From Malacoraja senta (taxonomy: Eukaryota), in the NCBI GenBank assembly GCA_038087875.1, contig CM075997.1, positions 2,606,001 through 2,670,000 of the forward strand: a DNA stretch of 64,000 nt. The letters run 5' to 3'. The notes under the pieces were generated by a model. It did no database searches. It was not told the origin of the DNA and worked only from the letters and a program-made list of their open reading frames with translations. This document shows positions 28,501-39,411 of this stretch, piece by piece. The position numbers and the translations under genes were made by a program. Positions within the stretch are counted from its first letter, which is position 1; every line of letters starts with the position of its first letter.

Positions 28501-31500
28501 TCAGATCTGTTACATACATTTCATCAAAATGTATAATTTCCAAGATTTAATTTTAGATTTCCTGTGCTATTTATTTCTGGATAAAGGTTTTGTGATTGTT
28601 GTAAGGCAACATTGTGATGGTGCTTTTTCATTTTGCAGATATTTGTTTAAGCAGCTCCTCCTATTCTGCAGCAATGATCCTGTGTGTTTAGAAAAGTGCA
28701 TCTTCTGCAAGTCTTCAGAAAATGATTTCCTCTCCCTAAAGCACAATATCTTTCTCCATCTCTATCTCAGCAGTGTGCCAAAGGGGGCTGCGCGAAGCAT
28801 TCTTATGTAAGTGCTTTAAACTAATGCTCTTACAATTCTACTACAGATGCTTAATGCTCTGGTTTATTGAGTCAGTTTCAATAGTAGATGTTCATTCATC
28901 ACAAATGTAGACAATGTGAACCAAGAATGTTGACATATAATTTGATTTCAAAGGTCTTTTATTGTCACGTTTACAATTAAGGTATAGTGATATTCGAATT
29001 ACCATACAGCCATACTAAAAAAAAAAGCAACAAGACACACAACTACATAAAAGTTAACATAAACATCCACCACAGCGGATTCCCCACATTCCTCACTGTG
29101 GTGGAAGGCAATAAAGTCCAATCTTCTTCCCTCGTTGGCCCAATTTCCTTTGGAAACAAAATACATGAGTTGCACCAGGGATAAAGTTGATAGTCTTAAT
29201 TAGTCATGTTATCATCTTGTCAGATCTATGTTGTCAGTAATTTTTTTTTTTACCCTGCTTTGAATTGACGTCGATGAATAATGTTCGCAGGGACCCTGTG
29301 CCATACCGAAATCCTGAGATGAGACTTCACATTCATTCGAAAGGCTCTATCATGCCAGCAGCAATCTGTCGCCCAAGTGTGACCACAACCCATGTCTGCT
29401 GCATGTCCGCCAGCGATAAGCTGAGCAGATGGATGGTGCTCGGAGTCCAAGGCGCCCTCCTCAGCCACTTCATCAAACCTTTATATATCACCAGTATTGT
29501 CATTTGTAAGTACAGCAGTGTTCATCTGCAGAAGTCGTCTTTGATAGTTGGGGAGGGGAAATGTTTAACTATGTCCAAAACTATGTTTTCTGTAAATTGT
29601 CCCATGTATGTAGGGCAGGGCTAGTGTGTGGGGATCGCTGGTCGGCATGGACTCGGTGGGCAGAAGGACCTGTTTCCGCGCTGTATCTCTAAACTATACT
29701 AAAAAGATGAAGTTCCCTCTTTGAGTTTTTAGTGCAAGAATGTGAAACAATAAACTGGATCTGGTCGTGTCGCCCCTGGTGCTCACTCCACCCTTCAGTT
29801 AGATCATGGATGATCTTGAACTTCAGCTTCACTTCCCTGTGCTTTGATTCTCTAAATATCCAAAAATCTATCAATATCTTAATTTCCACAGTCCTTATGG
29901 GTAGTGAATTCCACCTCTGGCTGACCAACTTTCTTTCACCTCAGTCCTAAATGGCTGATGCCCTTATTTTGAGACTGATACCAGGTTCTAGATACCCCAG
30001 GAGATAAAGATGATCCCTGTATCCAGCCTGACAAGTAACGCAATAATTTTATGTATTTTATTGAGATTTCCTCTCATTCTTCTAAAGTTGTGGGAGTTTG
30101 CGCCCAATCTGTTTCATCTCTCTTCAAGCACATCCACCACCTGCCAGTAAGGGACGTTTCGGGTCGAGACCCTTCTTCAGGCTGCTGAAGAAGACTCTTG
30201 ACCCGAAACGTCACCCATTCCTTCTCTTCAGAGATGCTGCCTGTCCCGCTGAGTTACTCCAGCATTTTGTGGATATCTTCGATTTAAAACAGCATCTACA
30301 GTTCCTTCCTACACAAGAATATCCTTCCTTTGATAGGGAGACCAGATATGTACACAATATTCCAGGTGCAGACTCGCCCAGAACCTAACCACATTGTGAT
30401 AAGATCATATTACTTTTGTATTCAAATCTTCTTCAAATAAAGGGCAACGTTCTATTTGTTTTCCTTATTACTTGCTATACCTGCATGTCAACTTTCAGCG
30501 ATTTCCACTGAATGAGACAGGTATTTTTCAATTGCTCACTATTTAATAAAAAAATATTCTATTGTATCAAAAATGATGAATTTACACAGTTCTGTATTAT
30601 ATTTCATCTGCCCAGTCCTCACCCATTCACTTTGCTTTGATATATCCCCATGAACAACCCCAGCCCCCTCACAACCTGCACTGCCACTTAACTTGAGATG
30701 ATCAGCTCACTTGAAAACATTACAACTGGTTCCGTCCTGTCATAAGTGACGAGCAGAATTAGGCCATTCGGCCCATTGTCTACTCTGCCATATCTCCCTC
30801 CTAACCGCATTCTCCTGCCTTCTCCCCATAACCCTGACATCCATATTAATGAAGAATCTATCTTATCTCTGCCTTAAAAATATCCATGGACTTGGCCTCC
30901 ACCGCCTTATGTGGCAAAGAATTCCACAGATTCACCACCTGCTGACTAAAGAAATCCCTCATCTCCTTCCTAATGGTACGTCCTATAATTCTTAAGCTTT
31001 GGCCTCTAGTCGTGGACTTTCCCACTAGTGGAAACATCCTTTCCACACCCACGCTATCCTAGACTTGAACTATTCGGTACGTTTCAATGAGGTCCACCCT
31101 CATTCTTCTAAACACCAGCGAGTACAGGCCCAGCGCCGACAAAAGCTCCTCATGTGTTAACCCACTCATTCCTGGGATAATTCTTGTAAACTTCCTCTGG
31201 ACCCTCTCCAGGACCAGCACATCCTTCCTCAGATATGGTGACCAAATATATGGGTAGATATGGTGCTGACTCTCTTTCACCCCCCTCCCCTCCTCAAGTC
31301 ATTGATGTAGACTATGAACATCCAATCCTTGCAATGTCCCAAGAGTGGCATTATTTAACCTAAAAATGACCTGGACATTTGACTATTAATCAATCTTCAT
31401 TATTATTTATCTCAATTTAAACTTTGTTTAATTGCTTTGTATGGCATCTTATCAAAGTCACCTGAAAGTTCAAATATAGCGAAAATCCATCATCAGACTA

Positions 31501-34500
31501 TTTGGGTCACCAGGGTCCCTTCCGATGCTCCCTTCCCACTCAGCTAATTCACTGGAAAATGTATTACACTACCAAGTAACATTTAAAAAGAATGAGTCTT
31601 GGTGTATTAATCCAGTGTTAACCGGCTGGTTCAGCTCCAGCCAAATCCCATGGGTGCCAGATTATCGAACTGTTACTGTAAATGCACATTCTAGTTGTAA
31701 AAGCAATTTCTAATCAAACATCTGGCAGCACTGTACCTCTACCCGCTGGAGTTTAGAAGGGTGAGGGGGAACTTCATTGAAACTTACCGAATAGTGAATC
31801 GTCTGGCTAGAGTGAATGTGGAGAGGATGTTTCCACTAGTGGGGGATTCTAGGACCAGACGCCACAGCCTCAGAATATAAAGGACGTGCCTTTAGAAAGA
31901 AGACAAGGAGGAAGTTCTTCGGTCAAAGGGTGACGAATCTGTGGAATTCATTGCAACAGACGGCTGTGGAGGCCAAGTCAATGGATATTTTTAAGGCGGA
32001 GGTTGACAGTTTCTTGATTAGTAAGGGTGTCGGATTATGGTGAAAAGGCAGGAGAATGGGATTGAGAGGGAAAGATGGATCAGCCATGAATGAATGGTGG
32101 AATTGACTTGATGGGCTGAATAGCCTAGTTTAGTTTAGTTTAGAGATACAGTGTGGAAACGGGCTCTTCGGCCCACCGGGCCCGCGCTGACCAGCGATCC
32201 CCGAATATTAACACTGGGGACAATTTTTACATTTACCAAGCCAATTAACCTACAAACCTGTAAGTGTTTTGAGTGTGGGAGGAAACTGAAGATCTCAGAG
32301 GAAACCGGAGATCTCGGAGAAAACCCACGCAGGTCACGGGGAGAACGTACAAACTCCATACAGACAATTCTGCTCAATAACTTATCAGCATGCAAGTGAG
32401 TGAATGCCGGATTTTTAAAAAATAACTTGATCAATTGAATTTGAATACCTCTCTGTGTTTCCAACTCAGCTGACCAATTTCACACCTTGACTATCGTCAC
32501 AAAAGCCATCAATCAACGGGTGGATGAGAGTTTGAATGAGAAGCTCCCTTCCCCATTCACAGCTATGAGGGCACATTTCTCCCACTGCAGTGGAGAAGAA
32601 CCAGAGGAAGTAGAAGCTCTTTACAAACTGAGCATTAACTGGTGTCGTGGCGATAGCTCTGTGGAAATAGTAGATGGTGCAACAGGAAAGATCACGGAAG
32701 AGTAAGTCCACAGCAGTTCCATTTTTTTTCCTTCCTGAAGTAAATGTTTAAACTTAACATCTACAATCTCTAAATGTTATGTTATTGAAGTAGAAATGCC
32801 AGTTCTTTGCAGTTAGCACTCGTATCACATGGTGTTATTGTGGATTGTCATATTTTTAGATTTGTTTAGTAATCAAAAAGATCTCTTAACTTTTTTAGAG
32901 ATACAGCATGAAAACATGCCCTTCAGCCCACCGAGTCCGCACCGACCAGCAAGCCCCGCACATTAACACTATCCTACAAACACTAGGGAAAAATTTACAC
33001 TTGTACAAAGCCAATTAACCTACAAACCTATACGTTTTTGGAAAGTGGGAGGAAAACGAATATCTCTGAGGAAACCCACGCAGTCACAGGGAGAAAGTAT
33101 AAACTCCATACAGACAGCACCTGTAGTCGGGATTGAACCCGGGTCTCTGGCGCTGTAAGCCAGTAACTCTACTGCTGTGCCAGAAACATGGCGACTCAGT
33201 GGCCAACTTTAAGGGTGGCGCAGTGGGATAGTTGCTGCTCTCACAGCGCCAGAGACCTGGGTTTGATCCTGATTATGGGTGCTGTCTTTATGGAGTTTGT
33301 ATGTTCTCCCCGTGACCTGCGTTAGTTTGCTCTGGTTTCCTCCCACATTCTAAAGACGTACAGGTTTTTAGGTTAATTGGCTTGGTAAGGGTTAGTATGC
33401 ACGGATAGCTGGTCAGCGCAGACTTGGTGGGCCAAAGGGCCTGTTTCCACACTGTATCTCTAAACTAAAGACTCTGTGTACTGCCTAGGTGAAGTCTGTT
33501 GATTTTACTGGATTGGATGCAAAAACAAAGAATTTCACTGTACCTAGGTAGAGATTATGTGATTATTGATTGATTGAAGTGTCATTGGAATGCATTTTTA
33601 TCTGACACTCAATACTGCATCTAGAACCAGTGCTCTCTGCATCTAGGATTGACCGAGACAACTTGGTGTCTCTCCTGGATTATTATTGCTAAACCAAAGA
33701 TGAACTGGGTGCCTTGTGATAATGTCCTAATCTTCAACACAGTAACACAAGAAAAAAGATGAACAGATTAGCACAGCTTGTTGGTGGCTGGGACTGTGAG
33801 CCAGTAGCTATTTTCAATCTTCATCTCCAGTGCTGTCTGCATGGAATTGGCAGGTTCTCCCTGTCCATGCAAGATTCCTCCTGGTTTGTTTTCCCCTCCC
33901 ATCCTAAAAATGTGTGTTGGCATGTTAATTATCCACTGTAAATTGATCCTGGTTATGCAAGTAAATGGAAAAATCAGGAGACTTGATGGGAATGTGGGGA
34001 GAATTTAAATAAATGTATAGTAGGCCCCCCTCGGTCATGACTGACCATGGGTGATGCATCCTGGTCGGATGCAAGCCAGGGCGATGTCATATGGAGGACA
34101 GGCTGTTGCCCATGCAGCACGTCCCCCCTCTCCACGTCCCTGATCGATCCAAAGGAACAGCAAGGCCGTTACAGTTTGGCACCAGCGCCATCGCAGGAGC
34201 TGCCAGAGCGAGGTTGTAGACAACAACGAACTGCCTTAGGGGCTCCGACTCTGGGTTTTCTTGAGGTTTACTCCTGGAGCCTTTTCCATGACTGGATATG
34301 GCCACAAGGCAGTGGAGGTTTTAAATCAGAGTTTTCCCTCTCCATGATGGACTGCCTTCCCAGGCTGACGAGCCCCATCTGCCCGAGACTCGTGGGGGCG
34401 GGAGCGTCTACCTTCCGTGCAGGTCTAAAGCACCTGCCCACTGCCCAGAATGTAGGATTGATGTAAATGTAGGATTGATGTAAATGTAGGATTGATGTAA

Positions 34501-37500
34501 ATGTAGGATTGATGTAAATGGGTGGTAGACAAAAATGCTGGAGAAACTCAGCGGGTGAGGCAGCATCTATGGAGCGAAGGAAATAGGCAACGTTTCGACC
34601 CGAAACGTTGCCATTTCCTTCGCTCCATAGATGCTGCCTCACCCGCTGAGTTTCTCCAGCATTTTTGTCTACCTTTGATTTATCAGCATCTGCAGTTCCT
34701 TCTTAAACAACTTGATGTAAATGGGTGCTTGATAGTCACTGCAGACTGGATGGGTCATTTCCCATGGTTTATGACCGCTGTAATGACATGTATAAGAATG
34801 TATGTTGTGCAAGGTTGGAAATCTGTACAGACATGTACTGTGACATGTACTGAATTTCAGTCATTAAAGGTGCCTGACTTTGCAGGCTACTTTAAAACTA
34901 TCTGCACAATCTACATTTTAGAAAATTAATGTCGTGTATTCTAATATTAACGTTTGTATGAAAGGCATGTTTTATTGAGTTTGTATTTCAGAAAGTTAAT
35001 TTCTGTATTTGTAAAAAAAAACTCAATGCTTGATGAATGAGAATACCTTGATAAAGTGATAATTGAGCAATATAGGATAGCCGTTTCTAATTTCTAAGTG
35101 AGTTTAGCTTTAAATTGTTTCTCTATACTACTTTAGTTCCCCTTTTAAGAACGGAATCAACAGTGCCAGTCGTTTGTGCAAGGCTGCCATGTTTTGTTCC
35201 TTTCAACGTTTAGCAAAAGCAATGGAGAGACCAGAGTTACTGGAGTGGTCAACATGTCATGAAGCCAAGGTAAACCGATTTCTAGTGTTCACAGAGGAAC
35301 AGCTGCAGCATTACACTTAAGTAATTAAACAAAAAGAAAATAAATACATTTGAAGGGAAGGAACTACAAAAGACAATGGAGTGCATTAATCCATAAAACC
35401 CACATATTGTAGTGCAGAATATCATTGCCTGGAACTTTACGTGCAATATCTGTCCTGTTTGGAAAATCTGTGCTCATTTTGCTGTGGACCAGGACAAGGG
35501 GTCACAGCTTAAGGATAAGGGGGAAATCCTTTAAGACCGAGATGAGGAAAAACTTTTTCACACAGAGAGTGGTGAATCTCTGGAACTCTCTGCCACAGAG
35601 GGTAGTTGAGGCCAGTTCATTGGCTATATTTAAGAGGGAGTTAGATGTGGCCCTTGTGGCTAAGGGGATCAGGGGGTATGGAGAGAAGGATACTGAGTTG
35701 GATGATCAGCCATGATCATATTGAATGGCGGTGCAGGCTTGAAGGGCCGAATGGCCTACTCCTGCACCTATGTTCTATGTATCTATGTATTACGTATCCT
35801 TAGTGTATTTCTATTTGAATCTGCAGAAACGGCACTTTAGGCTCGTGATTGCCAATAAATGACAGAGCTGAGAAAAGGGTGAAATTAACAACATGTGCGA
35901 TTCCTTAAACCACTCTTCCTGATTTACGATTTCCTTTCTTCATAAACAGCTGGAAGAGGTTTATTATTTCGGATGTCAATACCTTCCTTAGTCCATTTGC
36001 AAGATGATGGATCAATGGTGCTTTATTGTCACATGTGCAAAGTGCAAACACACAGTAAAATTCTTGCAAGCAGTGCAGTAGAGTATCACCATACCACCTC
36101 TGATTAGCAGTTGTACAAAAATAGTCTACTGAGCCCACATGCAAGAGGCGCCCGGTGCAGACTGCTGCGGGGCCTCCAACCAACGCCTTCACTTGGTTGA
36201 CCAACAACCGATGTCCCTCTCCTTGCCCATCCACCTTTGTTCCCAGGGGAGCTACCCACAGCTGACCCCAGTTCCCTCTCTTCTACCGGCCTCTGGTCTT
36301 CAAGGGATGACTAGCGGCGGTTCAGGTGTGGTTGCCGGGTCCTAGCACCTAGCACAGCTTGGAAGATGCCTTCCTCAGCTAAGGATCCTGCAATCTATTT
36401 GCTTTTAAAACCCTAGTTAGAGTCATAGAGCTATACAGCATGAAACAGCCCTGCTGACCAAGTTGCCGTTCTGGGCTAGTCCAATTTCCCTACATTAGGT
36501 CCATATCCCTCTGAACCTGTCGAACCAAAATTGTCCAAATATCCTTTGAAAGTCAATTATATCTGCAAGCACTGTCACCACTTTTAAATAATACAGCTAT
36601 TTTAAGCACACCCTTCATGCAAAGGCTTAGACTTAGCAAAAAATCAAGACCCAAGAAATTTCACAGAAATGCTTTTTTCCGGGGATCTGAGTGATATCAA
36701 GCCCTGTGTCATGATTTTTGCAGGAAAATTGTTTTAGAATTAAGTTTATAATTTGAATTACCAGTCCTTGTGCTGTCTCCCAGTGAAGTGAAGAACGTGG
36801 GTTCTCTCGAACAATAAACTTGTAGCTACAACCCCTTTGCTTTAAGCAGAGGTCCTGCAAGGAAACTCTATTGTGCAGTGTGGCACAGTAATTTGCAGTT
36901 CGGCAAAACTATCCGGAGTGAAACCTGGAGCTTATAATTTGTGCTCTCCTATCTGGGACAAATCAATTTCCTTCCAATTATAAACATTGAGTTTTAAAAT
37001 CTCATTTTTACTGACTTCCCTTGCAACACCTTTGTTGTAACGTCCAGGTTCAGGAACAGCTTCTTCCCTACAGCCATCAGGCTATTAAACACTACAACCT
37101 CATAAGCTATGAAATACAATAGACTATTATTGTACATTTTCACATTATGATTCAGAGACTATTGACTAGTGTAAATGGATAATCGCTTTTCATACCATTG
37201 TTTCCACTGCCAAAGGACGGTTCTTTAGCAATTCTCCGACCAGTCTGACTGTCCATGATTACTTATCTGTTTACTTTGTTGTTACCTTCTCGCTAATAAT
37301 GATCTATTCTACATTTTCCTTGGTTCTCCCCCCCCCCCCCCTTTGATGTCGTTCTCACACCCTACACTTCCTTATCTCTGTATCTCTCCCTCCCCTGACT
37401 CTGTCTGAAGAAGGGTCTCGACCCAAAACGTCACCCATTCCTTCTCTCCAGAGATGCTGCCTGTCCCGCTGAGTTACTCCAGCATGTTGTGTCTATCTTC

Positions 37501-37949
37501 CATCTAGTTTGTAATTCCCTAACCCTGGAAGAAAGACTGCATTTATCTTTTAGGCACCCCTTGCAATTTGTTGCATCAAATCATATAAATGATTATTCAT
37601 TTCATTATATCAGTTATACAATGATATATATATTAGATCACCCCTCAGTCGCACATGCTCATGAACTAATGTCCTAGCCTGCCTAACCTCCCTATAACCT
37701 AGTCCATTGTGTCCTGGTAACATCTTTGTAATAATTTTACTGCAACTTAGCATTATATCAGCTATTACAATTATTTATCGTTTGATTTAAATTGAATATC
37801 ATATCTAGATAAAGTGACCTATTTTGTAATCATTTCAGAAAGAAGCTAAAAAATACCAACAAGCCAAGGGCATTGTGAACTACCACTTCATATCCACTGG
37901 AGCCGGTCCATGGCCACAGAAACGTTTGGTGGACAACTTCAGCAAATAG
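1707..37949 (+). CDS. ADAD2: Adenosine deaminase domain-containing protein (ADAD family, most like ADAD2), 11 coding exons, about 601 aa: 1707-1986, 5420-5578, 7672-7827, 19746-19820, 23894-24019, 25844-25994, 28639-28806, 29291-29505, 32470-32701, 35137-35269, 37839-37949
   Basis: Spliced by hand. All introns are GT-AG with matching phases (1,1,1,1,1,2,2,1,2,0), total 1806 nt with no internal stop. It contains a dsRBM ([11 protein letters not shown]...[21 protein letters not shown]) and ADAR-type deaminase motifs ([70 protein letters not shown]). The ADAD2 versus ADAD1 call rests on remembered family motifs and is less certain than the family call. Confidence 0.85.
1995..2640 (-). mobile_element. 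L2-clade LINE 3' fragment
   Basis: ORF 2117-2638 reads [17 protein letters not shown]...[11 protein letters not shown]...[13 protein letters not shown]...[15 protein letters not shown]; (TTA)n tail at about 1995-2012, just after the first coding-exon donor. Confidence 0.85.
4827..4962. mobile_element. Penelope-derived foldback insertion with 15-bp TSD
   Basis: Inverted arms GTAGACAAAAGTGCTGGAGAAACTCAGC... / ...GCTGAGTTTCTCCAGCACTTTTGTCTAC; TSD TGTTATTTCATTAAG at 4812-4826 and 4963-4977. Confidence 0.8.
5420..5578 (+). CDS. ADAD2: ADAD2-like exon, start of dsRBM
   Basis: ttgcAG acceptor; [53 protein letters not shown]; donor CAG/GTATTG. Confidence 0.85.
7074..7201 (+). mobile_element. Short retroposed element with (GAA)n tail and 13-bp TSD
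   Basis: TSD AGCAGTGCTATTG at 7061-7073 and 7202-7214; homologous copies at about 50964-51090 and 61228-61285. Confidence 0.7.
7672..7827 (+). CDS. ADAD2: ADAD2-like exon, end of dsRBM
   Basis: Branch point-like GACTAAC about 20 nt upstream of a ttAG acceptor; [32 protein letters not shown]; donor GCG/GTAAGG. Confidence 0.9.
8865..9238 (+). mobile_element. CR1-type (HER1-like) LINE 3' fragment
   Basis: [19 protein letters not shown]...RTRG...[13 protein letters not shown] plus the family 3' UTR. Confidence 0.85.
10040..11445 (+). mobile_element. Penelope-like 3' fragment interrupted by an approximately 850-bp GC-rich insertion (about 10155-11005)
   Basis: LGDRFTEHL...[10 protein letters not shown] before the insert and [23 protein letters not shown] after it, followed by the terminal repeat with the hammerhead-like motif. 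Confidence 0.75.
11351..11383 (+). ncRNA. Minimal hammerhead ribozyme-like motif in a Penelope terminal repeat
   Basis: GT CTGAAGA A GGGTC TC GACCC GAAAC GTC AC: CUGANGA box, 5-bp stem II, GAAA box, palindromic ACGU and a GUC site. Further intact copies at about 21002-21033 (+) and 51603-51632 (-). Confidence 0.6.
11662..13282 (-). mobile_element. Tc1-like DNA transposon (IR/DR type), near full length, transposase pseudogene
   Basis: About 220-bp imperfect TIRs (CAGCGCCCTCCATAATGTTTGGGACAAAGACCCATC... and its reverse complement ending GAGGGCACTG, followed by TA). Frameshifted ORF pieces carry an HTH region, [18 protein letters not shown] and [14 protein letters not shown]. Confidence 0.92.
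15290..16010 (-). mobile_element. Old degenerate CR1-type LINE fragment
   Basis: Reverse-strand similarity to CR1 ORF2 C-terminal motifs (RPHLEY.VQFWSP), with many frameshifts. Confidence 0.65.
17523..17728. mobile_element. Penelope-derived foldback insertion
   Basis: Inverted arms of the terminal repeat; ATTTAGTA on both sides. Confidence 0.75.
17830..18650 (-). mobile_element. Penelope-like element fragment with GIY-YIG endonuclease
   Basis: Reverse strand reads [25 protein letters not shown]...[10 protein letters not shown]...[27 protein letters not shown], followed by the terminal repeat. Confidence 0.85.
19215..19500 (+). mobile_element. tRNA-derived SINE (HE1-like)
   Basis: B-box GGTTCGATCC, same core and TAAAC tail. 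Confidence 0.8.
19746..19820 (+). CDS. ADAD2: ADAD2-like short linker exon (75 nt, symmetric phase 1)
   Basis: T-rich tract with aacAG acceptor; open frame [25 protein letters not shown]; strong donor CTG/GTAAGA. No conserved motif supports it, and it could be skipped in frame. Confidence 0.6.
20020..20233. mobile_element. MITE (PIF/Harbinger-like termini), copy 1
   Basis: TIR G(A/G)GCCTGTCCCACTTTCACGACCT; the interior is shared with 23387-23578. Confidence 0.7.
22240..22935 (-). mobile_element. CR1-type LINE fragment
   Basis: ORF 22364-22687 reads [34 protein letters not shown]...[13 protein letters not shown]. Confidence 0.8.
23387..23578. mobile_element. MITE (PIF/Harbinger-like termini), copy 2
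   Basis: TAA-GGGCCTGTCCCACTTTCACGACCT ... AGGTCGTGAAAGTGGGACAGACCC-TAT. Confidence 0.72.
23894..24019 (+). CDS. ADAD2: ADAD2-like exon, start of deaminase domain
   Basis: tttcAG acceptor; [42 protein letters not shown]; donor TAG/GTAAGA. Not captured by the ORF track. Confidence 0.88.
24505..24862 (+). mobile_element. CR1-type LINE 3' fragment
   Basis: [23 protein letters not shown]...[12 protein letters not shown]; (ATTGTCT)n tail. Confidence 0.85.
25471..25529. repeat. (TG)n-TATA-(CA)n self-complementary microsatellite
   Basis: Directly visible; can fold into a hairpin. Confidence 0.9.
25844..25994 (+). CDS. ADAD2: ADAD2-like exon with LHDCHA motif
   Basis: [41 protein letters not shown]; cgcAG acceptor, AAG/GTAATG donor. 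Confidence 0.93.
27040..27317 (-). mobile_element. tRNA-derived SINE (HE1-like)
   Basis: Reverse complement of the 27968 family. Confidence 0.8.
27968..28266 (+). mobile_element. tRNA-derived SINE (HE1-like), full length
   Basis: A-box TGGCGCAGCGG, B-box GTTCGATACC, family core, tail CTGTATCTCTAAAC. Confidence 0.85.
28639..28806 (+). CDS. ADAD2: ADAD2-like deaminase exon
   Basis: [23 protein letters not shown]...[18 protein letters not shown]; ttgcAG acceptor, AT/GTAAGT donor. Confidence 0.93.
29291..29505 (+). CDS. ADAD2: ADAD2-like deaminase exon
   Basis: ...[38 protein letters not shown]; cgcAG acceptor, T/GTAAGT donor. Confidence 0.93.
30745..31245 (-). mobile_element. CR1-type LINE 3' fragment; a related copy lies in the opposite orientation at about 31730-32125
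   Basis: ORFs 30858-31052 and 31059-31280 carry CR1 ORF2 C-terminal motifs. Confidence 0.8.
32127..32366 (-). mobile_element. SINE (HE1-like), 5'-truncated
   Basis: (TTTAG)n tail and core on the - strand. Confidence 0.8.
32470..32701 (+). CDS. ADAD2: ADAD2-like deaminase exon
   Basis: [15 protein letters not shown]...[25 protein letters not shown]; ctcAG acceptor, GA/GTAAGT donor. Confidence 0.92.
32895..33470. mobile_element. Head-to-head pair of HE1-like SINEs (- copy 32895-33182, + copy 33212-33470)
   Basis: Two oppositely oriented copies about 30 bp apart. Confidence 0.8.
34450..34520. repeat. 17-bp tandem repeat, 4 copies (ATGTAGGATTGATGTAA)
   Basis: Directly visible; abuts the TSD of a foldback insertion. 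Confidence 0.88.
34525..34711. mobile_element. Penelope-derived foldback insertion with 16-bp TSD
   Basis: Near-perfect hairpin of about 70 bp per arm; TSD TTGATGTAAATGGGTG at 34509-34524 and 34712-34727. Confidence 0.82.
35137..35269 (+). CDS. ADAD2: ADAD2-like penultimate exon
   Basis: [45 protein letters not shown]; tttAG acceptor, AAG/GTAAAC donor. Confidence 0.92.
35487..35790 (+). mobile_element. CR1-type LINE 3' fragment
   Basis: [35 protein letters not shown] plus 3' UTR. Confidence 0.85.
37839..37949 (+). CDS. ADAD2: ADAD2-like last coding exon
   Basis: tttcAG acceptor; [36 protein letters not shown] followed by a TAG stop. Confidence 0.9.
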   Translation, partial: KEAKKYQQAKGIVNYHFISTGAGPWPQKRLVDNFSK

Positions 37950-38487
37950 ATCTCACTGGGATATAAAGAAACTTAACTGATGATTATTTTTTGTTTAAAA
38001 AAAAAAATCATTCTGAATGTTGGAAATGCCTTAGTCTGAGGATCAGGCAGTGTCTTTTTCAAGCAATGCTTATTAAATTTGTATCTCATTTTGCTTTCAG
38101 ATCATGCTACTGCTTTCTGAAATTGATTTTTTTTTTAAATAAGCACCCATTTGCTTTGTACATTTCAGTTGTAATATTAAAGTGCAGTTTCAAGGAACTA
38201 GATGTGTTGAACTTCATTTTTGAAGGAAGATAAATTGCTTTTTCCTTCCCCCTCTGTTGCTAGTTTGCGTTTTGATACGCAGATTTGTCATCACTAGCAG
38301 TTGTGCAAACATGTGAAAGTCATGGATGTTAGAACAAGAATAAGCCATATATTTATTCAAGCTGATGACTTAGCTGGCAGGGGAGAGACGGTTTACTGAG
38401 CCCAATCTCCCAGGGCAAGATTATTGAAATAAATGGTGAGGAAGACAATGGGCGGCACAGCGGTAGAGTTGCTGCCTCACAGCGCCG

Positions 38488-38687
38488 NNNNNNNNNNNNN
38501 NNNNNNNNNNNNNNNNNNNNNNNNNNNNNNNNNNNNNNNNNNNNNNNNNNNNNNNNNNNNNNNNNNNNNNNNNNNNNNNNNNNNNNNNNNNNNNNNNNNN
38601 NNNNNNNNNNNNNNNNNNNNNNNNNNNNNNNNNNNNNNNNNNNNNNNNNNNNNNNNNNNNNNNNNNNNNNNNNNNNNNNNNNNNNNN
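38488..38687. other. Assembly gap (exactly 200 N)
   Basis: Run of N beginning inside a SINE head; the round length suggests an unsized scaffold join. Confidence 0.98.
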
Positions 38688-39171
38688 GTGGACTGCGTCC
38701 CTGCTTACATGAGGGACTGAGTGCTTGTACTATTATGGTTTCATAGTATTATTAGTTGATTGTGTTATTAATTATTACATGTTTATCTGTGTGCGGACAC
38801 AAAGAGCTCAGTGGGACAGGCAGCACCTCTGTACAGAAGGTGGCGTTTTGGATCGAGACCTTCCGTCAGACTGAGAGTCAAGGGAAAGGGAAACTCGAAA
38901 TATGCAAAGGCACAAACTCTAAGTCTTGGTCGTTTGAAGAATGGTCTCGACCCAAAACGTCACCCATTCCTTCTCCCCAGTGATGCCTCCTGTCCCGCTG
39001 AGTTACTCCAGCATTTTGTGTCTATCTTTGGTGTAAACCAGCATCTGCAGTTCCTTCTTACACATGTGGTAGTCATAGAGTGATACAGTTTAGAAAGAGG
39101 CCCTTCGGCCCAACTTGCCCACACTGGCCAACATGTCCCAGTATTTGTATTTATGTGTTCCGTGTTACATT

Positions 39172-39411
39172 GTTAAACTGCAGCAAATAGGATTCTCGTA
39201 GTTCATTGCTGGTACATAATGACAAGAAGACACTCTTGACTTCTGACTTGGTTTCCTATTTCCACTGATGATCCAACCCACACACACTGCCCAAAGAGCT
39301 CACAATATGTAAACACCAGCTGGGAATTTAATTTCTAATTAAGCTGTACTTTCAATATTCCTATGGGGGAAAATAAAGCATTCCATGTGTGTAAGTGTGC
39401 CCAAGGTCTAG
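39172..39411 (+). repeat. 240-bp direct repeat, copy 1 (copy 2 at 42534-42773)
   Basis: GTTAAACTGCAGCAAATAGG...GCCCAAGGTCTAG; the two copies appear identical by eye. Confidence 0.93.

Noticed and set aside
34023..34445. Possible RTE-derived short element on the - strand
   Set aside because: The resemblance to RTE 5' regions is from memory only; there is no second copy, ORF or TSD to support it.
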